This document shows positions 61,766 through 64,000 of a stretch of DNA of 64,000 bases, piece by piece. Position 1 is the stretch's first letter. Each line of letters opens with the position of its first letter. Source of the DNA: Aquiluna sp. (lineage in GTDB: Bacteria; Actinomycetota; Actinomycetes; Actinomycetales; Microbacteriaceae); NCBI GenBank assembly GCA_028144365.1, contig JAOGAX010000003.1:2861-66860 (forward strand). Direction: 5' to 3'. The notes under the pieces are model-generated. The model did not search any database, was not told where the DNA came from, and saw nothing but the letters and a program-made list of their open reading frames with translations. Made by a program: the position numbers and the translations under genes.

Positions 61766-63274
61766 TTGAGTGAGCTAATTACCAAATCAGCCTGTGAGCT
61801 TGCTGGGCTAATTGAGTCAAAAGAGATTTCGTCGGTTGAGGCCACTGAGGCCTTCTTTGATCGCTCAGAGAGCCTGAATCACCTCACCCTCAGCTACCTT
61901 CACCTAAACCGAGAGAGCGCACTTGCAGCCGCACAGGCTGCCGATAGCGACCTTGCAGCTGGTAAGCGGCACTCTGCACTCCACGGAGTTCCTATTGCGG
62001 TGAAGGACAACCTCACCACCACCGATGCCCCCACCACAGCCGGTTCCAAGATTCTTGAGGGCTGGGTCCCGCAGTATGACTCGACAGTGGTCAAAAGAAT
62101 TCGTGCAGCAGGTCTACCAATACTTGGCAAGACCAACATGGATGAGTTTGCAATGGGCTCATCAACCGAATACTCCGCTTACGGCCCCTCGAGAAATCCA
62201 TGGGACCTTGACAGGATTCCAGGTGGTAGCGGGGGAGGGTCCTCCTCGGCGGTATCGGGACATCTAGCACCGCTTGCTGTTGGTAGCGACACCGGAGGTT
62301 CGATCAGGTTCCCAGCGGCTGTCACCGGATCGGTTGGCGCAAAGCCAACCTACGGAGCAGTCTCTCGCTACGGACTGATTGCTCTTGCCAGTTCACTGGA
62401 CCAGGTGGGTCCTGTGACGAACACTGTGTTGGACGCAGCACTTTTGCAGGATGTCATTGCCGGCTATGACCCTCACGACTCAACCTCGCTACCAGACTCT
62501 CTAGGTTCAATGGCAGAGGCAGTGAAGACAGCCCAGTTCAAGGGACTAAAGGTCGGAGTTGTTAAGCAGCTGAGTTCAGACGGGTTCCAGGCAGGTGTGA
62601 AGAAGTGCTTCGACGACACCATCGCCAAGCTCACGGCTGAGGGTGTCGAGGTCGTTGAGGTTGACTGCCCAAGCTTCGAGTACTCCGTCGCTGCCTACTA
62701 CCTGATCCTTCCAGCCGAGGCATCTAGCAACCTTGCAAGGTTTGACTCGGTGCGCTTTGGCCTGAGAGTTGCCCCAGAGGGTAACCCGACAATTGAGCGC
62801 GTTATGGCGGCGACTAGGGAGGCGGGCTTCGGTCCAGAGGTAAAGCGCAGAATCATCCTGGGCACCTACGCACTGTCATCTGGCTACTACGACGCCTACT
62901 ACGGTTCGGCTCAGAAGGTAAGAACGCTTATTCAGCAAGATCTTGAGAAGGCCTTTAGTCAGGTTGATGTTTTGCTCACGCCAACCGCACCCACCACCGC
63001 CTTCAAGATTGGCGAGAAGGTCAACGACCCGTTGGCGATGTACCTAAACGACATCGCCACAATTCCCGCAAACCTTGCCGGCATTCCTGGCATGTCGGTG
63101 CCTAACGGACTGGCCGAAGAGGATGGCCTGCCATCGGGTGTGCAGATCCTTGCGCCAGCCAGGGAAGATGCTCGGATGTATCAGGTCGCATCGCTCATTG
63201 AGGCCCTCTATGTGGCGCAGTGGGGAGCGCCGCTGATCGCCCAGGCGCCAGGATTGGAGGCGAACCGTGGCTAA
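61766..63274 (+). CDS. gatA: Asp/Glu-tRNA amidotransferase subunit A
   Basis: Amidase signature [16 protein letters not shown] and RRIILGT. Confidence 0.97.
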   Translation: MSELITKSACELAGLIESKEISSVEATEAFFDRSESLNHLTLSYLHLNRESALAAAQAADSDLAAGKRHSALHGVPIAVKDNLTTTDAPTTAGSKILEGWVPQYDSTVVKRIRAAGLPILGKTNMDEFAMGSSTEYSAYGPSRNPWDLDRIPGGSGGGSSSAVSGHLAPLAVGSDTGGSIRFPAAVTGSVGAKPTYGAVSRYGLIALASSLDQVGPVTNTVLDAALLQDVIAGYDPHDSTSLPDSLGSMAEAVKTAQFKGLKVGVVKQLSSDGFQAGVKKCFDDTIAKLTAEGVEVVEVDCPSFEYSVAAYYLILPAEASSNLARFDSVRFGLRVAPEGNPTIERVMAATREAGFGPEVKRRIILGTYALSSGYYDAYYGSAQKVRTLIQQDLEKAFSQVDVLLTPTAPTTAFKIGEKVNDPLAMYLNDIATIPANLAGIPGMSVPNGLAEEDGLPSGVQILAPAREDARMYQVASLIEALYVAQWGAPLIAQAPGLEANRG

Positions 63275-64000
63275 GGAACCGCTAATGGACTTTGAAGAGG
63301 CCATTGAGAGATTCGAGGTTGTCATTGGCCTCGAGGTCCACGTCGAGCTAAACACAAAGAGCAAGATGTTCTGCGGTTGTGCGAATGTCTTCGGTAACGA
63401 ACCCAACACCAACGTCTGCCCGATATGCCTAGGACTTCCCGGAGCATTACCAGCCGTGAACAAGAAGGCGGTTGAATCCTCGATTGCCATTGGTCTAGCA
63501 CTGGGCTGCGAAATTGCCCCAAATGGCCGCTTTGCGAGAAAGAACTATTTCTATCCGGATCTGGCCAAGAACTTCCAGACCTCGCAGTATGACGAGCCAA
63601 TTGCCTTTGAAGGCAAACTCGACGTCGAGATCTCTGACGGCCAGGTGTTCGAGGTGCTCATCGAGCGCGCCCACATGGAGGAAGACGCCGGAAAGCTGAC
63701 GCACGTAGGTGGCGCAACCGGTCGTATTCAAGGCGCGGAGTACTCTTTGGTCGACTTTAACCGTGCTGGAGTTCCGCTGGTTGAGATCGTGACCAAGCCA
63801 GTCTTTGGCGCAGGAGCAAACGCGCCTGAGCTTGCCGGTGCCTATGTCCGAAACATTCGCGACATTGTGAAGGCCATGGATGTCTCTGACGCCAAGATGG
63901 AAAGAGGAAACGTCCGCTGTGATGCCAACGTCTCTCTGCGACCTAAAGGCCAAGAGAAGCTCGGCACCAGAACCGAGACTAAGAACGTCAACTCGATCAG
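63267..64000 (+). CDS. gatB: Asp/Glu-tRNA amidotransferase subunit B (3' truncated)
   Basis: Absent from the ORF track because no stop falls in the window. GTG 63267 after GGAGG reads [28 protein letters not shown]..., followed by RKNYFYPD and HMEEDAGK. Confidence 0.96.
   Translation, partial: MAKEPLMDFEEAIERFEVVIGLEVHVELNTKSKMFCGCANVFGNEPNTNVCPICLGLPGALPAVNKKAVESSIAIGLALGCEIAPNGRFARKNYFYPDLAKNFQTSQYDEPIAFEGKLDVEISDGQVFEVLIERAHMEEDAGKLTHVGGATGRIQGAEYSLVDFNRAGVPLVEIVTKPVFGAGANAPELAGAYVRNIRDIVKAMDVSDAKMERGNVRCDANVSLRPKGQEKLGTRTETKNVNSI

Overview
Chromosomal window from a compact, moderate-GC actinobacterium. The cysteine-free L32, the frr-cdsA-DivIVA-domain-transglycosylase order and glgX-glgE-glgB / iscS-mnmA-ligA-gatCAB suggest Microbacteriaceae, possibly a streamlined Aquiluna/Rhodoluna-like organism (inference). 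Bases 1 to ~19.6 kb are the right part of a visibly AT-richer surface-glycan island. It holds a GDP-heptose pathway (HddC-GmhB fusion, HddA, GmhA) and nine glycosyltransferase-like genes in mixed orientation. It also holds a CDP-3,6-dideoxyhexose cluster (rfbF/G/H) translationally coupled to a ThDP carboligase and a DmpF/DmpG pair, which is the gene set expected for an erwiniose-type C4-branched higher sugar. A dif-like 28-mer marks the island/core junction. From 19.7 kb to the end are core genes (smc to a truncated gatB) in a reshuffled, reduced order. Features there include many leaderless promoters, overlapping convergent stops, a rimM with no canonical start codon, structured r-protein leaders (one a candidate kissing-loop) and oppositely charged low-complexity tails on S16 and S2. 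No rRNA, tRNA, CRISPR array, IS or prophage was seen. All calls come from motif recognition by eye; no database searches were run.
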